From Selaginella moellendorffii (lineage: Eukaryota; Plantae; Lycopodiophyta), in the NCBI RefSeq assembly GCF_000143415.4, contig NW_003314310.1, positions 347,904 to 411,903 on the forward strand: a stretch of 64,000 nt of DNA, written 5' to 3'. The stretch's first letter is position 1; every line of letters begins with the position of its first letter. A program made the position numbers and the translations under genes. Shown in pieces: positions 59,908 through 64,000 of the stretch. Below the pieces are notes generated by a model. It had not been told where the DNA came from. It did no database searches and worked only from the letters and a program-made list of their open reading frames with translations.

Positions 59908-60902
59908 CTTACAGTGTCCGGGTTTGGACGTATTTGATGGAGCACGAGAAGTGGATTCGGGTCTACGTGGTGCTGCCAAGGTGTTTCAATAAAGACGCGC
60001 GCAAGGCGGACGAACAACACGAGATGGCTACCTGGTATTTGAAGCCGCTGGATATTTATAAGGGGGAGCTGTGACAGGTCGGTGATTGCCAGTGCTCGAT
60101 GGCTGCAGCCATTGTTCCTTTTAACTTTAGAGTCGCCACCACACCGATACGAAAGATCAACAACCAGTATAGACGGACAACCTACAGTTGGCGAAGTGTC
60201 CCCGTCGGCGGCCAGGAGGGAAAAGAAAAGCAAAAGAACAAACGGAAAGGAGGAGAATAGGGGATGGAATACTCAAACTTTGCTCGGAAAACCCGTGGCC
60301 TATAGCGGAACAGAGCACCTGGTGCTGGTAAACTAGGAAGCGTATAAAAAGGAGAGTTGTGCCGGTGGCTTGTCCTTCTCGAATCGCCGATAGAAGTCCA
60401 CAAAATCGTTCGTTGAGAGGGGAGGTGCCATCGACTCGTAACTAAATCGGAGGCAAGGAATCTTTAATCTCACTTCTGAGCTTCGAGTCATCCCAAAACT
60501 CACGGTGACATTGTGCCAGACGGACAGAAAACGAGATAGCTACGTCCCGGTTTTATGAGAAGGAAAACAAAGAACGACGGGAGTTCGTTCTCATAATTGG
60601 GACTCGAGAGGAGGAGCTGGAGCTCGATTTCTTTTCGTCGTATTGGTGGTTGCGAGCTACAGTGCCGGTCTCGTCAATCACTCCAAGTTGGTGGACACAG
60701 GTCGGGTGTCGGGAGTATTTTTACTCGCTGCTCCGGGACAAATAGCTGTCCGCATGAGATCCCTGGTCGAAAGATATAGAAATTCGGGCTTCCTAGCCGA
60801 GAGGAAGCTCGGCTAGCCGGGCATGACCAACACCAGGGAGAGAAGTTTGATGAGCAGAGGCGAGCAGCACTGGACTTGATCTCTCTCTTCCGGGAAGAGG
60901 CA

Positions 60903-62938
60903 ATGCAGATGGATGGTTTCTCGGCTTCGAGACACGCAAGGCAATGCTGCTGCCGCTCGGCCGTGCTGTGGATCCTCGTCCTCAATGCATCTTCGGTACT
61001 CGCAGCTGTGACAAGGCAATACAATTTTCTGGTAAGTCGTCACACTCGATTCCCATCGTGCTTCTAAAGGAGAAAAGATGTTCCCATGCAGGTACAACCT
61101 CTTACCGTCTCGAAGCTGTGTAAAACTAAGTCGCTCATTGCCGTGAACAATCTCTTCCCTGGACCAGTTGTCTATGCCGATGAAGAAGATACGGTGGTGG
61201 TGAATGTGACCAACAATTGCCAATACAACATCACTATCCACTGGTTCTTGGATTTCTTCTCGCTTTTCTAGCAATCTCTAGTTACTCAAGATCGAATTTT
61301 GTGGCCAGGCATGGGATACGGCAACTTCGATCCGGCTGGGCTGATGGACCAGTGTATATCACTCAGTGTCCACTGCAAACAGGGGACACATACCAGTATA
61401 AGTTTAAGATCCAAAGGCAGAGTGGAACTCTTTGGTGGCACGCTCACGATACTTGGCTTCGAGCGACCGTGCATGGAGCGATTGTGGTGTTTCCCAAGAC
61501 TGGAGTGCCTTATCCGTTCCACTACCCGAGAGAAGAGCACATTATTCTGATTGGTAAATTCCTTTGATTCTGAAGTTTTCATTCTTGCCTTCTTGTTCTT
61601 GTTCCAGGGGAATGGTGGAACGCAAACGTCGAAGATGTCGAGTCGCAGTCCTTACTGACGGGAGGAGCCCCGCAGCTGTCAGATGCTTACACCATCAATG
61701 GTCATCCTGGGCCACTTTACAATTGCTCGTCCCAAGGCAAGCTTTTTCTTTTTGTTCTTTTCTTCTTCTGGAGCATACTTCTAAACCTCCCAGGCCCCAA
61801 ACACAGACGTGTACGTTCTCAAGGTCTTTCCCAACGAGCACTACCTCCTGCGCATCGTCAACGTTGCTCTCAACCAGGAGCTCTTCTTCACCGTAGCCAA
61901 CCACAACCTCACGGTCGTGGAGATCGACGGCGACTTCACCAAGCCATACACAACCAGCACCATCTTTCTCACCCCGGGCCAGAGCACCACCGCGCTCTTC
62001 ATCACAAACCAACCCACGGCCAAATACTACATGGGAGCCAGTCCATACAGCTCCGCCGCGGGAGTGCCATTCCCGACGACGCCAACTCTAGCAATCGTCG
62101 AGTACCAAGGCTCGTCGAACTCGACCCCGCCAGTAATGCCGACGTTCCCAGCGACCAACGACACTGGCCTCGTCGCAAACTTCTCGGCCAGCCTGAGGAG
62201 CCTGGCGGACACGACTCATCCGGAGCCAGTCCCACAGACAGTGGACAGAAGCTTGCTCTTCACAATCGGCCTCGGGACAAAGCCGTGCGGTGAAAACCGG
62301 GTGTGCCAGGGGATCGCTGGGACCAAGCTCACGGCCTCCATGAACAACATCTCCTTCGTCCTTCCCGACATCGCTCTCCTCCAGGCCTACTACAACAACA
62401 TCTCCGGCGTCTTCACTCGCGACTTCCCGGACACACCGCCGATAGTTTTCAACTACACGGGGACTCCTCCGAACAACACCACCCCGCAGCGAGGGACCCG
62501 ACTTCTCGTCATCCCATACAACGCAAACGTCCAGATGGTTTTCCAGGACACGAGCATCCTCGGCATCGAGAACCATCCCATTCACGTCCATGGATACAGT
62601 TTCTACATTGTCGGGCAGGGAACTGGCAACTTCAACTCGAGCCAGACGAGTACTTTCAACCTGTTTGATCCTCCGCGACGGAACACTGTCGGAGTTCCAG
62701 TTGGAGGGTGGGCTGCTATTAGATTCAAGGCTGACAATCCTGGTGAGCTTCTCTTCTTTCAGAGCTTTTTTTTTTTTGGTGGTTTTTATGTGACAACTGT
62801 TTTTCAGGTGTTTGGTACATCCACTGCCATTTAGAGGTGCACACAATGTGGGGGTTGACGATGGCTTTTATTGTGCTTAACGGTGCTCGGGCTAACGAAA
62901 CTTTGCCGCCTCCACCGCCAGATCTCCCGCGATGCTAG
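60903..62938 (+). CDS. Laccase (multicopper oxidase), 6 exons
   Basis: Signal peptide; Cu motifs TIHW^[31 protein letters not shown]; C-terminus PPPDLPRC; GC-AG intron 61737-61806. Confidence 0.95.
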
Positions 62939-63049
62939 TAAGATTTTTATAGATATGATTCTTTTGATCTTGGGCCAGCCAGCTCGAGATGATAATGTTT
63001 CTACAGGCAAGAAAAAGATGATCTTGAAAAAGAAAAGGAATTTTTCTCG

Positions 63050-64000
63050 TTAGTCTCTCTTGAGTGGGATGGGCTGGACGTTGTCAATCTTGTGAGGGAC
63101 GTTCTTAAACTTGGAGAGGATGAATCTGGGAGACGGAGGATTGGGGTGCATTCGATGGAAGCACGCGTGAGCGGACATAACTGTGGCGTTGTTGGTCTTT
63201 GGAGGAATGAAGCAGATCCTCGGTAGGTTGTATTTGTGCTGGTGGAACATTTGGAGTTTGATCCACTCGTCAGCATAGCCGTTCTTCATCACCTTACCCA
63301 TGTCCTCGTTCCTGTTAAAAGAGAGAACGAGAAAAAAAATCATTGTTTTCGGAAGATCAATCGAAAGAAGCATACTTTTCTCCTCTGCAACCATAGACGT
63401 GATAAGGATTTTTCTCCGAGGGGAGTGGAGGTGGGGTTCCCTGGAACAAATCAAGGGAATCTTAGACGAATTCTCTATCGTTTTCTCCTTTTATTTTTTT
63501 CTGGTTAGAACATACCACTCGTTGGCTCACTGGCAAGGGACAGTAGTGATTCTTCCGGAAGGGTCGAATTCCTGGAGCTTTCACGATGTGGCTGACAGTG
63601 GCACATCAACATCCAACCACAGAAACATGAGAAACAATGGAAATGAATAGAAAAGAGAGTGAAGAACACACGCAATGGTGGCGAGCCTATTCATCTGGAT
63701 CAAATCGGGGCCGTTGATAGCGTCTGGATCTGGGATATGTTCTCGGTGCGTCATCACTGCATCAAGCAAGCTCGCTTTTTTTTTGTTTTCGTTCGTAAAA
63801 AATATCTACCTTCTCTCACTCCCTCGGCCTCCAAATCGTTGCAAACGCCATAGATGTAGTTGGGCTCTGGAAGATCCTGAGTGGGCTTCTTCACCTGGGG
63901 ACGAGAGAGAGAGAGAGAGAGAGATCATAAAAAATGAAGCAAGAAAAGAGAGGGACACTCACCGCTCCAAGTCGAGGCTTGAGCAGCAGTGAATTTGTCT
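63050..64000 (-). CDS. CFAP77: CFAP77/FAP77-like (DUF4483) ciliary protein, 5' part outside window
   Basis: Spliced exons read NSLLLKPRLGA/VKKPTQDLPEPNYIYG..EAEGVRE/..GPDLIQMNRLA/..MGKVMKNGYADEW..FILSKFKNVPHKID, matching the recalled CFAP77 motif order. Confidence 0.7.

Overview
Eukaryotic plant genomic DNA. The ~50-60 nt introns, dense genes and a ciliary CFAP77-like gene suggest a flagellated-sperm plant such as the lycophyte Selaginella (inference). The left ~45.6 kb is one nested transposon stack inside an old, AT-eroded non-autonomous LTR element (family C). Inserted into it are: (i) a TRIM, interrupted by a 21.4-kb TIR DNA transposon (13.9 kb net of a nested LARD, family A); (ii) a young family-C element carrying an intact Ty3/gypsy element (D) with identical LTRs; (iii) a solo LTR; (iv) a deleted chromovirus (E). 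The DNA transposon has 22-bp TIRs, an ATAT TSD and a Sola1-like transposase pseudogene. It also carries a divergently transcribed ParB-like/degenerate DNA-methyltransferase-like gene and an FCP1/NIF phosphatase-like gene, and about 25 copies of a 22-bp palindrome are scattered through it, often inside its introns. This is a candidate self-recognition or anti-silencing system. The integrase of chromovirus E is interrupted by short GT-AG introns. The right ~17 kb holds ordinary host genes: DUF740, POD1/TAPT1, a MyoB-like gene, mitochondrial L32, NRPA1 (with an apparent 1-nt frameshift), a laccase and partial CFAP77.
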